From a bacterium (lineage in GTDB: Bacteria; Zhuqueibacterota; Zhuqueibacteria; Residuimicrobiales; Krinioviventaceae), in the NCBI GenBank assembly GCA_963674595.2, contig CAXXFV010000008.1:192001-256000 (forward strand): a DNA stretch of 64,000 nucleotides, read 5' to 3'. The number at the start of each line of letters is the position of its first letter. Within the stretch, counting starts at the first letter, position 1. This document shows positions 9,886 to 19,999 of the stretch, piece after piece. The translations under genes were made by a program, and so were the position numbers. The notes below the pieces were generated by a model that was not told the origin of the DNA, searched no databases, and saw only the letters and a program-made list of their open reading frames with translations.

Positions 9886-11046
9886 ATGTCAATGGATTTT
9901 TCTTTTTATTCTGCCGGTGAAATTATTTTTGGCAGCGGCCGCATCCAGGACCTGGAAAGTTTGATACGACGTTTTGGCTCCAGGGCGCTTATTGTAACAA
10001 GAGGAAAAAGCCTGGATCAGTCGGGGACATTGAAAAATATTTCAACACAGTTGGAAAATGCCGGGATAACTTTTGAAATAATAAATTTTAAAAGTGGCGA
10101 GCCGGTCGTTTCTGATATTGATAAGGGTGCTGATGCAGCCGGAAGACAGAAACCGGACGTTGTTATCGGTATTGGTGGCGGAAGTGCGTTGGACACCGGC
10201 AAAGCCATTTCCGGAATGGCCACAAATCCGGGCTCTGTCATGGATTACCTGGAAGGAGTCGGCAAAGGCCTTACGCTGAAAGAAAAATCCATTCCCTATA
10301 TTGCCGTACCAACGACCGCCGGTACAGGAACCGAGGTGACTAAAAACGCTGTTATATCGTCAGTAGAAGGGCGTTATAAAAAAAGTATTCGCAGTCCATT
10401 GTTGATTCCTGATATTGCTTTGTTGGACCCGGATTTGACGCTATCTCTGCCGTCTCAGGTTACGGCAGAAACCGGTATGGATGCACTGACGCAACTTGTT
10501 GAGGCCTATGTTTCGCGTAAAGCACAGCCCATTCCCCAGGCTTTGTCGATTTATGGAATCGGACTGGTTGGAAAATTTTTAAAACAATCTGTGTTTTCCG
10601 GCTCCGATGTTAAAGCCCGTGAAGGTATGTTATTGGCAAGTCTTTTAAGTGGTCTTGCTCTTGCAAATTCCGGTTTGGGCGGGGTTCACGGTATTGCCGC
10701 TGCTTTGGGTGCTGTTTGTCAGGTCTCGCATGGACGCGCATGTGCCATGCTGCTGCCCTGGGTGATGAAAGAAAATTTGTCCTCTTGTCAAAAAGGATAT
10801 GCTGAAATCGGAAGCGCTCTGTTTGGGATCACTGATAATGATGAAAAACTAGCTGCTGACATGACTGTTGATAAAGTAAAAGAACTTGTTCATTCTATCG
10901 GAATCCCCGAAAAGTTTGGTCCCGGTGAAATAGACGAAAATGATATTCCTGAACTTGTTAAAGGTTCGCAGGGTTCAAGTATGAAAGGGAATCCTGTTGA
11001 TTTATCGGACGCAACAATTGAAAAAATTTTAAGGCAGTTGATATAA
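9886..11046 (+). CDS. Iron-containing alcohol dehydrogenase family protein
   Basis: GIGGGSALD, VPTTAGTGTEVT, GMDALTQ, GGVHG and SHG motifs. Confidence 0.92.
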   Translation: MSMDFSFYSAGEIIFGSGRIQDLESLIRRFGSRALIVTRGKSLDQSGTLKNISTQLENAGITFEIINFKSGEPVVSDIDKGADAAGRQKPDVVIGIGGGSALDTGKAISGMATNPGSVMDYLEGVGKGLTLKEKSIPYIAVPTTAGTGTEVTKNAVISSVEGRYKKSIRSPLLIPDIALLDPDLTLSLPSQVTAETGMDALTQLVEAYVSRKAQPIPQALSIYGIGLVGKFLKQSVFSGSDVKAREGMLLASLLSGLALANSGLGGVHGIAAALGAVCQVSHGRACAMLLPWVMKENLSSCQKGYAEIGSALFGITDNDEKLAADMTVDKVKELVHSIGIPEKFGPGEIDENDIPELVKGSQGSSMKGNPVDLSDATIEKILRQLI

Positions 11047-11080
11047 TGATTTTATACTCAAAAGAAAGTAAACGACTATT

Positions 11081-12229
11081 ATGAACGTAGTAGAATTAAC
11101 ACAGAGCCTGATAAAAATAAATTCAATTAATCCAAAATCATCATCGTTAACAATAGCCGCTGATGGTGAAAAGAATATAGCTGAATTTATTGAATCCTAT
11201 TTAAAACCTCATGGATTTGAAACAGAATTTTTATATGTCGAAAAAGACCGGCCTAATATCATTATACGGCATAAATCTTTTGATGAAAAATTGCCGACTG
11301 TCGCTTTGGAAGCGCATTTGGACACCGTTGATGTGGATTCCATGACCATAGAACCCTTTGAGGGTTTTATTAAACAAGGCAAGTTATGGGGACGTGGCGC
11401 TTGTGATGTCAAGGGAACAATGGCGGCAATGCTTACGAGTTTATTGAATTGGTATAAAAGTGAAACAAACAACGTGTTTAATGTTATCTTTATCGGCACA
11501 ATGGGTGAAGAGGCCGGCACCCTTGGTTCTATGAAAATTGCCCATTCTAATCTCCCGCTCAATATGGTGTTAGTGGGAGAACCCACCTCATTGCGACCGG
11601 TTATCGGGCACAAGGGATTATGGCGGTTCGCACTTGAAGCGATTGGCAAAGCTTGCCATTCATCAAGACCGGAACAGGGCATTAATGCCATAGACATTAT
11701 GATGGATATTTATAATCTGCTAAAATCGCAGACCATACCGGATTTTGAAAAAAAACATGGTAATACGATGAATATTACCAATATTCAGGGTGGTTCCACC
11801 ATAAATATAATACCCGATTTGTGTCGTTTACAAGTTGATTCCCGCTATGTGCCCGACACGGATATTGTCGCTCATCGTGAAAAACTTGTACATTCGCTTG
11901 AATTTATGTCCGGCGGCATAAAGAGAAATATCCAGTTTCAAGAGTTGGAAAATCATCCTGCTTTTCATGCACGAAAAGAATCTCATTTATTAAACCTTTT
12001 GGAAAATTCTTTATTTGTGTTGATGGTCGATGCCAAACCAAAATTTGAAACATGGTATTCCGATGCCGGACATTTTTCCTCTGCAAATTATGATACAATA
12101 GTTTGGGGAGCGGGCAGTATCACTCAGGCACATACGGCTGATGAATTTATTGCTGTTGATCAACTGGATAGAGCTGTTTTGGTATTGGACGAATTTTTAA
12201 AAAATTGTCACCGTTTTTATTCGAAATGA
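11081..12229 (+). CDS. M20 family metallo-amidohydrolase (ArgE/DapE-like)
   Basis: AHLDTV, GRGACDVKG, GEE, GEPT, HSS and AHTADE motifs. Confidence 0.9.
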   Translation: MNVVELTQSLIKINSINPKSSSLTIAADGEKNIAEFIESYLKPHGFETEFLYVEKDRPNIIIRHKSFDEKLPTVALEAHLDTVDVDSMTIEPFEGFIKQGKLWGRGACDVKGTMAAMLTSLLNWYKSETNNVFNVIFIGTMGEEAGTLGSMKIAHSNLPLNMVLVGEPTSLRPVIGHKGLWRFALEAIGKACHSSRPEQGINAIDIMMDIYNLLKSQTIPDFEKKHGNTMNITNIQGGSTINIIPDLCRLQVDSRYVPDTDIVAHREKLVHSLEFMSGGIKRNIQFQELENHPAFHARKESHLLNLLENSLFVLMVDAKPKFETWYSDAGHFSSANYDTIVWGAGSITQAHTADEFIAVDQLDRAVLVLDEFLKNCHRFYSK

Positions 12230-12247
12230 TTTTTAAAGGAGATAGGA

Positions 12248-13510
12248 GTGACTGTTAAACCTCTTAGTTCCATTCTTATAAAACCTGCCGGTCCTGACTG
12301 TAATTTGGCATGTCGTTATTGTTTTTATTTAAAAAAGTCAGAAATGTTTTCGGAATTGAAAACGCATCGGATGAGTGATGATGTTTTAAAAGAAACTGTA
12401 AAACAAATGATGCGGGACGGTGAACAGCAGGTTGCCTTTGGCTGGCAGGGTGGAGAACCGACATTGATGGGACGAAAATTTTTTGAAAGCGCCGTACAGT
12501 ATCAGCAAAAATTCGGAAGGCCGGGCCAGTCGGTTGGTAATGGTTTGCAGACAAACGGAATTCTCATTGATCAGGACTGGGCGCTTTTTTTAAGAGATAC
12601 CAATTTTCTGGTTGGTCTGTCATTGGACGGCCCGCAGCACATTCACGACAAATACCGTAATTTCCCAAGCGGAAAATCAAGCTGGGAACGTGTTGCAAAA
12701 GCCAGGGACATTATGCTGGACCACGATGTTCAGGTCAATGCTCTGGTTGTTGTTAACGACTATTCTGTTAATTATGCGCGGGAAATATATCAATATCACA
12801 AAAATAGCGGGCTTGTCTTTATGCAGTTTATTCCGTGCGTTGAGCCGGATATGGATGATCCATCACAAGCAATGGATTTTTCTGTTTCTGCAGAGGGCTT
12901 TGGCCGGTTTTTATGTGAATTGTTTGATCTTTGGTTGGCTGATTTTCGCTATGGACAGCCAACCACTTCCATACGCTGGTTTGATTCTGTTTTTTATTCC
13001 TATGTGGACATGGCTGCCCCGGAATGTACCCTGACACAAGAGTGCGGGATTTATGTGGTGGTAGAACATAATGGTGATGTTTATTCCTGTGATTTTTTTG
13101 TTGATCCCAAATGGCATTTGGGAAATGTGATGGATAGTTCTTTAACAGATATGCTGAACTCACCCCTGCAAACAACTTTTGGGCAGGTTAAATCAAGCCT
13201 TCCCAATGAATGTGTTGAATGCAAATGGTTGAAACACTGTCGCGGAGGGTGCCCAAAGGACAGGCTGGCCGATCAACGTGACAAGGGTTCCAATCATTTT
13301 TGCCAATCCTATAAAATGTTTTTTGAACACGCAGATGAACGGCTGAAAAGAATAGCCGAAAACTGGAAGAAAGAACATGGGATAATACCTAAACAGGAAG
13401 AAAAGGATAAGGAAGGTGATAGTACTGTTTACCACAATGTCGACCGCAATGATCCCTGTCCGTGCGGGAGTGGAAAAAAATATAAAAAATGCTGCGGTCG
13501 AAATAGTTGA
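12248..13510 (+). CDS. Anaerobic sulfatase-maturating radical SAM enzyme (anSME/SPASM) with C-terminal SEC-C motif
   Basis: CNLACRYC, WQGGEPTL, YSCDFFV, CxxCxxxxxCxGGC and RNDPCPCGSGKKYKKCC. Confidence 0.92.
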   Translation: MTVKPLSSILIKPAGPDCNLACRYCFYLKKSEMFSELKTHRMSDDVLKETVKQMMRDGEQQVAFGWQGGEPTLMGRKFFESAVQYQQKFGRPGQSVGNGLQTNGILIDQDWALFLRDTNFLVGLSLDGPQHIHDKYRNFPSGKSSWERVAKARDIMLDHDVQVNALVVVNDYSVNYAREIYQYHKNSGLVFMQFIPCVEPDMDDPSQAMDFSVSAEGFGRFLCELFDLWLADFRYGQPTTSIRWFDSVFYSYVDMAAPECTLTQECGIYVVVEHNGDVYSCDFFVDPKWHLGNVMDSSLTDMLNSPLQTTFGQVKSSLPNECVECKWLKHCRGGCPKDRLADQRDKGSNHFCQSYKMFFEHADERLKRIAENWKKEHGIIPKQEEKDKEGDSTVYHNVDRNDPCPCGSGKKYKKCCGRNS

Positions 13511-13526
13511 TTAAGAACAGGAAAAA

Positions 13527-14687
13527 ATGACGATAAAGAATAAGATCACCTCTTTACAGGGCCTTGATTATAATAACGGAAAATCCATCCATCTTCAAAT
13601 TGAAGGTGCTTATATATCTGAAATCAGGGAATGCAATAGCGATGATAACCGAAATATCTATATTGCTCCCGGCCTTTATGATAATCAGGTGAATGGATTT
13701 TATAATGTAGATTTTTCCGGCGAAGGATTGTCTGTTGAGAAAGTTATGGCCGCAACAGAAGCCTTGTGGCGTGTTGGTGTGACCAGCTATTTGCCGACGT
13801 TGGTAACTTCTCCAATGTATTTATTACATGAAAATTTGACCTGTTTGGCAAAGGCCCTGGAATATAAAGAATTTGCATGGAGTATACCCGGATTCCATCT
13901 TGAAGGGCCTTATATTTCACCGGAATATGGTTGTCGCGGTGCGCACCCGCCCCAATTTATCCAAAAACCGAATGTGGATGAGTTTGTCTCTTTGAACAAG
14001 TCTTCCAATCAGAATATAATTCAACTGTCGTTGGCGCCTGAATGCGACGGTTCTTTTGAGTTGATAAATTATGCTTTTGAAAACAATATTGTCGTCGGTC
14101 TGGCCCATCATAATGCTTCTTTAGAAACGATACAAAATGCGGTTAAAGCCGGTGTGCTCATTTCCATTCATCTGGGAAATGGGAGCCCTAAAGCAGATAA
14201 CATGCATCATCATGTAATATGGCCTCAACTGGCCGATGATAACCTGTGGGCAAGCGTTATTGCTGACGGGATCCATTTAAGTAAGGAAGAGCTGAACGTT
14301 TTTTTTCGGACAAAGGGGCCGCAACGTTTAATACTAACTTCTGATGTGACGCGTTTGGCCGGTATGCCGCCCGGGGAGTATGATAAAAACGGTGCCCGGA
14401 TCGTTTTGGATGAGCATGGTGTAATTTACATGCCAGGCCAAAACAAGCTTGCCGGGGCTGCCATTCCTTTAATAAAAGGGGTGGAAAATATAATGGATTA
14501 TACCGGGTGTTCTTTAAAAACTGCTTTTCAAATGTCAAGTTTGAATCCTGCCATGTTATATGGCTGTAACGATCGTGGAGAGATTGCACCAAACAAACGG
14601 GCCGATTTGATTGTTTTTACATTTGAAAATGGTAAAATTGATATTTTACAGACTATAGTAGCCGGCTCTGTCGTGTATGAAAAATAA
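13527..14687 (+). CDS. nagA: N-acetylglucosamine-6-phosphate deacetylase family amidohydrolase
   Basis: PGLYDNQVNG, HLEGPYIS, GAH, LAPE, HLGNG, IADGIH, LAG and NPA motifs. Confidence 0.85.
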   Translation: MTIKNKITSLQGLDYNNGKSIHLQIEGAYISEIRECNSDDNRNIYIAPGLYDNQVNGFYNVDFSGEGLSVEKVMAATEALWRVGVTSYLPTLVTSPMYLLHENLTCLAKALEYKEFAWSIPGFHLEGPYISPEYGCRGAHPPQFIQKPNVDEFVSLNKSSNQNIIQLSLAPECDGSFELINYAFENNIVVGLAHHNASLETIQNAVKAGVLISIHLGNGSPKADNMHHHVIWPQLADDNLWASVIADGIHLSKEELNVFFRTKGPQRLILTSDVTRLAGMPPGEYDKNGARIVLDEHGVIYMPGQNKLAGAAIPLIKGVENIMDYTGCSLKTAFQMSSLNPAMLYGCNDRGEIAPNKRADLIVFTFENGKIDILQTIVAGSVVYEK

Positions 14688-15408
14688 ATTATCTGATATG
14701 AAATTTTTAATCCTTCAGCAACAGCCGTTTGTAACACCCGGTGGCATAAGCAAATGGCTGCAGAGTCATTCCCATGAATATTTTATAACTCATTTGTATC
14801 AGGATATGGACCTTCCGGCTTTGGATTCATTTGATGTTCTTTTGGTTTTAGGCGGGACCATGAATGTTTACGAAGAACAAAAATACCCTTGGCTTGTTTC
14901 TGAGAAAATGTTCATTGAAAAGGCCGTTAAAAAAGAAAAGTGTGTTTTGGGAATTTGTCTCGGTGCTCAGATTTTAGCTGATGTGCTTGGCGCCAGGGTA
15001 CGGCAAAATGAACACTTGGAAATCGGTTGGCATACACTTGCTCTGGAACCTGATGTTAAAGAACAAAAACACTGGCAGGATTTTCCAAATGAGTTTGAAA
15101 CGTTTCTGTGGCACCAGGATACGTTTGATCTGCCGGAAAACAGTATCCGGTTTGCTAAAAGTATGGGTTGTGAAAATCAGGGATTTATATTTGACCAGCG
15201 AGTTGTCGGATTGCAATTCCATCCGGAAGAAACTTTGGAAGGTTATTTGGGGCTATTGAAAAGATATCCGTTTGTTGAAAATCCCCCTTTTGTTCAATCT
15301 CCTAAAAGTATATCAGAAAATCGAAAAAAGTTTGAAACGAATTATACCCTGTTATCAAAAATATTAGATAATATAACCAACATTGCCATTAATAGGCAGG
15401 TTAAATAA
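14677..15408 (+). CDS. Class I glutamine amidotransferase-like protein
   Basis: LGICLGAQ nucleophile elbow, WHQD and GLQFHPE give a Cys-His-Glu triad. Confidence 0.88.
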   Translation: MKNKLSDMKFLILQQQPFVTPGGISKWLQSHSHEYFITHLYQDMDLPALDSFDVLLVLGGTMNVYEEQKYPWLVSEKMFIEKAVKKEKCVLGICLGAQILADVLGARVRQNEHLEIGWHTLALEPDVKEQKHWQDFPNEFETFLWHQDTFDLPENSIRFAKSMGCENQGFIFDQRVVGLQFHPEETLEGYLGLLKRYPFVENPPFVQSPKSISENRKKFETNYTLLSKILDNITNIAINRQVK

Positions 15409-15461
15409 AGGTATAGTTTAATATGTTTTTATAAAGAATTTGTCTTTATCAAAATAACAGA

Positions 15462-16133
15462 CTAGATTCTTTTATTTGCCTGGGATATTATATTGTCAAC
15501 CAACTCTGCCTGTTCTGAAGATAATTTATTTTCTTGCAGTTGTTCCGCATATTGCGCAACCAATGCCAGAGCTTCACGCTGTTCAACCAGCAATTGTTCA
15601 CTCTCTTTTTCAAATTGTAACAAATAATCGATTTGCTGATCAATAATACGAATTCGTTCCTCAAATTGGGCATCGTTTTTCAAATCGGCCAGTTGTAATA
15701 TTTGATTTTGAATTGTTTTATAGGCCTGGATTATTTTTTGTGGATTGATAAACGCGCGATATTCGATGAGCCGCTTGACCTTTTCGATCAGATATTCAAC
15801 TGAAAATGGTTTTAATAAATAATCAAATGCTCCCAGTTTCAGGGCTTCAATAGCGGATTCAACAGTAGCAAATCCTGTCATTACCATCATTTCCGTACTG
15901 GGAGAGTTTTCCTTAATATGTTTCAAGATCGCCATACCGCCTTCTTTTTCATTATCTTGATGCGGCATGTTTTTATCGGTAATAACAAGATCGAATTCTT
16001 TGTTTTCTATCGCTTCAATCGCAGTTAATACACTGTTAGCTGTACTTATTTCGCAGGGTAATTGATCCAGTGATGCAACAATAACATCACGGATAGAATC
16101 ATCATCATCAACAACCAAAATTTTAAAGTCCAC
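15462..16133 (-). CDS. Response regulator: receiver domain plus helical C-terminus, no recognisable DNA-binding domain
   Basis: ILVVDDD, DLVITD, MTGFAT and GAFDYLLKPF. Confidence 0.88.
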   Translation of the reverse strand: MDFKILVVDDDDSIRDVIVASLDQLPCEISTANSVLTAIEAIENKEFDLVITDKNMPHQDNEKEGGMAILKHIKENSPSTEMMVMTGFATVESAIEALKLGAFDYLLKPFSVEYLIEKVKRLIEYRAFINPQKIIQAYKTIQNQILQLADLKNDAQFEERIRIIDQQIDYLLQFEKESEQLLVEQREALALVAQYAEQLQENKLSSEQAELVDNIISQANKRI

Positions 16134-16251
16134 TTTAAGCTCCTTTTTAAATCGAAATGATGTGACCGGATGATTTGCTTATATTGAAAATAATGAAGCA
16201 AATGTTACAAGTCAATTTATTTTTTACATATTTTTGATTTTAAAGAAAATC

Positions 16252-17044
16252 CTAAGAAATTTTTTTTAAAACTGGTTGAAAAAGTAAAATCCAAACTACA
16301 GAACCGGAAAAAGAAACAAGCGTTCCGGGAAAAATATTCATTTTAGGATAGGTTAATAATATTAACATACTAAAGATAACAATACTTCCCGAAGAAATTA
16401 TCATGATCTTTCCAACAGCCTGAGCAAAGGAGGGACCCTGGCTGGTACTTAGAATTAACATTGTTGACAGCATAACAGCCGGAAAAGTGGAAAAGATACC
16501 GGTCCAAAACGGACTGCAAAAAAAAGATAACGTAACTGTTCCGGCAACAATACTTCCGGCAAAAATTGCTCTGTAAATAATTTGAATATAGTTGAAAGGT
16601 TTTTTTTTGTTTTTGGATGGATGGTATTTTGATGATTTTTTCCAAAACATAAAAAATCAAGATTGTAAAGACAATATAAGTTATAATTCCCAAACCGATC
16701 GGTGTTGACTGCAAATATTTTATTGTTAAGGTGGCTAATACCAGCCAGCTTAAAAGTGATAAAAATAATCCGGTGATAATATTTTTATATAATCCCAGAA
16801 TATAGGCAAACAGAAAAAAAGCGTCGATAGTCATTCCCAGGGGTACAGAAAGAGCGGCTTTTATCGTATATTGTTTACCCTGTGTCAGGGCAACAAAAAT
16901 AAATGCTATCAGAATATTTGATGGTAAATTTGCAATTAATCCGCCTATTTTACTGCCGAATTTTTCTGCTAAAAGTGTTGCAAATGAAATCCAAAGACCG
17001 GCTATAAAAAACGATAAAATAATTTTTATAATAAAAGGATCCAT
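16252..17044 (-). pseudogene. Multi-pass membrane protein with two DUF3147/GlpM-like repeats, split by a frameshift at an A9 tract (16600-16608)
   Basis: ORFs 16370-17044 and 16252-16650 join as ...PSIQKQKK|PFNYIQIIYRAIFAG if one A is removed (263 aa). The two halves are similar (GGLIANLP vs TGIFSTFP). Confidence 0.72.
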
Positions 17045-18093
17045 TAATTTTGATCTTTATTTTCCGGCGGCTGATAGTCAAACGGTAAAAGGTCGGCAAT
17101 CCGGGCTTCTGTCCAGTAGCCGTATTTTGTGAAAGCAGAAGGGGTGTGCAGGTACCCCAAAGAATCAAAAAGTGCATATTCTGCGTTAAGTCGTAACCAC
17201 GAAGAATCTTTAACCCGTTTTTTATAAACAACTCTTATATAATGAGGAAATTGTAATTTTTTTAATCCATTTGGTGCATCTTTAACAAATTTAAAAATAT
17301 CGAATAAAAATACATTCTTTATTGAACTTTCCGTGTTTTTTTCCATATAGGTTTGGAAAAATTCCGTATTTAGTTTATTTTGGGCCAGAGCTGAAAGATA
17401 ATGGCGTAAAGAACCTTGATATGTTTCAAGTCGCCTTTGTTCCCATGTGTTTGCTTCGGATGGTGATTGTGGCGTCAACTTTTCAAATCGTGGTATAATT
17501 AAATATTGTCCTGTTGAATATTGCGTCCATTCAAAAAATTCCAGGATAATATGCAAACGATAACCGAGTGCATAATTTTCAATAATGAGTACGCTGTCGG
17601 TTGTCGCTTTGAATTTTTTAGTCTCTTCATCAGTCGTAAAATCGAGCACTTCAGGATTTTTAATAATACATAAATTACTGTTGGGTGTTTTTCCCAAAAA
17701 TTCAAGTTTGAACCGTTCCAGGTCTTTACGCCATTCTGTCGGTTCTTTGGCTTCTACTTGTATTGTTTCGCCTTTAAGCACAATTGGTTTAAGCGGAATT
17801 TTTAAATCTTTTACGCTTGAATTTTCGATTTTAATATGACCATTATAAATTTCATAGCCTATATGATGTGCAATTAATTGATAGCTGCCGGGTGGGACTT
17901 TTTCCATTATAAAATAGCCGTCCATACCGGATGCCGCCCCTATTGTTGTGTTTGCTAAAAATACATTTACATTAAAGACAGGTTCTTTGGTCTTCTGATC
18001 ATAAACATGGCCTGAAATGGTTTTATTATTTTGAGCCCCGACAAGTGAATAAGATAGTAGTAGAAAAAGAACGAAACAGACTTTCGTTTTCAT
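17044..18093 (-). CDS. Secreted protein with N-terminal carboxypeptidase-like regulatory (CarbopepD_reg_2-like) domain
   Basis: Signal peptide, then ISGHVYD..TKEP..VNVFLANTTIGA..DGYF....VPPGSYQL...HIGY. Its stop overlaps the next start (TAATG). Confidence 0.8.
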   Translation of the reverse strand: MKTKVCFVLFLLLSYSLVGAQNNKTISGHVYDQKTKEPVFNVNVFLANTTIGAASGMDGYFIMEKVPPGSYQLIAHHIGYEIYNGHIKIENSSVKDLKIPLKPIVLKGETIQVEAKEPTEWRKDLERFKLEFLGKTPNSNLCIIKNPEVLDFTTDEETKKFKATTDSVLIIENYALGYRLHIILEFFEWTQYSTGQYLIIPRFEKLTPQSPSEANTWEQRRLETYQGSLRHYLSALAQNKLNTEFFQTYMEKNTESSIKNVFLFDIFKFVKDAPNGLKKLQFPHYIRVVYKKRVKDSSWLRLNAEYALFDSLGYLHTPSAFTKYGYWTEARIADLLPFDYQPPENKDQN

Positions 18094-18411
18094 GAAAAGC
18101 TCCCTGGTTTATTGTAGTTCAATCGACTGTCATTAATTAAGACGTATGAGTGAACGAATTCCCTACAGAACGCTGCAGATTATCAGATAAAATGGTAAAA
18201 TATATGAGCCTGGGAATCTTTGTATAGTAATTTTTTTATTACGGTAATAACATAAAGATTTTTAAAGACTTTTTCAAATTCTAATTATTCCCATTAGTTT
18301 TTGAAGGAGATAACAGATGATAAAAAAATAATTCCATTTTTACAAGCAAAAAGAGATTTTTTTTCTTATCTTATACCTGATCATTTAATGAACCTGAAAG
18401 GAATAAATACC

Positions 18412-19938
18412 ATGAAAAATTACTTTTTCCATCTGTTAATCGTCCTTTTTGCTATCTTTTCTTTTACCTGTACTAAAAATCAAAAACCTCAGCAGACATT
18501 GATCATCACGAGTGATTTTGGCAGTGTCAGACGGTGTTCAACATTAAAAGAGTTACAAAATGTTATTAATACAATGTCCTCGGCAAAACCGGATATTATG
18601 ACCCTGGATGCGGCTGCACCTGATCTTGTTAATTTTCATAATTCAGTTGGATTGTTTATTAAGGGAAGCCCGTTTGATGCGCTATTCGAACAAGGTTATG
18701 ATCCCTATGGTATTATGGTTGATTCCCTGCGCAAACGGGATATTAAAGTGTTGGCTAATATCCGCATGAATGATCATCATGGCAAGGTGGTTTATTGGAC
18801 ACCCTGGGAACGTGAACATGTTCAATGGTCCCTGGGTAAAGATACAGGAGCAAGAGACTGGAAGGCGATTGGCCGGCTCAGACACATGGATTATGCTATT
18901 CAGGGTGTTCGGGATTACCGGTTTTCAATTTTAAAAGAAATCGTTGGACGATATAATGTTGACGGATTGCAGCTCGATTTTGGCAGAACAGTTCCTTTCC
19001 TGTCGGAACCGAAAAAAGAAAATGCCAAATTTTTAACGGCTTATCTTGAGAGAATTCGCACGTTGTTGGACGATACGGCACAAAAGAACAACAGCACCAG
19101 AAAACTTTTAGGTGTTCTCGTTCCATGGGATTATCAATTTTGTGCAAATGAAGGCCTGGATGTTAAAACATGGGTTGATCAGGGACTCGTTGACTATATT
19201 TCTCCCGGTGAGTGGTATTATGCAGATTGGAACATTCCTTTAAAAGAGTGGAAAAATTTGACGGACGGAACAAACTGTGCGTTATATCCTTTTACACCGG
19301 GAAATGTTTCACCTCAATGGGATTTTGAATGTGGTGAACCATCGTTATTAGGCAATAATTATGTTTTAACTCCGGAAAAAATCAGGGCCATAGCTGATAA
19401 TTTTATGAACCAGCAGCCGGATGGTTTTGCTTTTTATAATTTTTATACATTTGATTATGGTGAGTATTATCCACATCTGCGCGAATGGACAAACCCTCAA
19501 AAGAATTCATCGTTGAAAAAACATTATTTTAATTGTCGAAAAATGATGTATCACGCTAATGAACGGCAAGCTTTTGATGAAGGTATCGCTTTTGAGAGAG
19601 AAAAATTGCATAATGCCGGAGATTCGGCAAGATTTATTTTCAGGTATGCCTCCCCAATAGGCAAAAATAAAATTGAATTGAAGATGATTTTTAAAAATAT
19701 GAAAAGTAGTGATAAAATGGACATTCGTTTAAATAATAACGAACTTGTAAACGGAAAGTGGCAGGAACAACAGGTTCTTTATAAAGACAATGAAATAACT
19801 GCCATGTTGTTTCAGTGTGAATTGACGGAAAAAGAGTTGTCTTTTGGAGAAAACAATATTGTTGTCACACTTCAGTCCGAACCTGACAACACGATTGAAG
19901 CTGGTGAATTTGAAATTTGGGTTACCCCTGAATCCTGA
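18412..19938 (+). CDS. Putative lipoprotein with a glycoside-hydrolase-like TIM barrel (GHL10-like) and C-terminal beta domain
   Basis: Likely start MKNYFFHLLIVLFAIFSFT-C; NIRMNDHH, MDYA..GVR, DGLQLDFGR and GLDVKTWV..GLVDY motifs. Confidence 0.65.
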   Translation: MKNYFFHLLIVLFAIFSFTCTKNQKPQQTLIITSDFGSVRRCSTLKELQNVINTMSSAKPDIMTLDAAAPDLVNFHNSVGLFIKGSPFDALFEQGYDPYGIMVDSLRKRDIKVLANIRMNDHHGKVVYWTPWEREHVQWSLGKDTGARDWKAIGRLRHMDYAIQGVRDYRFSILKEIVGRYNVDGLQLDFGRTVPFLSEPKKENAKFLTAYLERIRTLLDDTAQKNNSTRKLLGVLVPWDYQFCANEGLDVKTWVDQGLVDYISPGEWYYADWNIPLKEWKNLTDGTNCALYPFTPGNVSPQWDFECGEPSLLGNNYVLTPEKIRAIADNFMNQQPDGFAFYNFYTFDYGEYYPHLREWTNPQKNSSLKKHYFNCRKMMYHANERQAFDEGIAFEREKLHNAGDSARFIFRYASPIGKNKIELKMIFKNMKSSDKMDIRLNNNELVNGKWQEQQVLYKDNEITAMLFQCELTEKELSFGENNIVVTLQSEPDNTIEAGEFEIWVTPES

Positions 19939-19950
19939 TCTGATTTGAAT

Positions 19951-19986
19951 AAAAAAGCCTGTATGAAAAACATACAGGCTTTTTTT
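19951..19986. terminator. Bidirectional intrinsic terminator between convergent genes
   Basis: AAAAAAGCCTGTATG-aaaaa-CATACAGGCTTTTTT. Confidence 0.92.
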
Positions 19987-19999
19987 ATAATGATATTAT

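Noticed and set aside
18301-18411. Track's TTG start extension (also the 42782 extension for tuf)
   Set aside because: Downstream ATGs give a proper signal peptide (18412) or an SD and identity with tuf copy 2 (42818).
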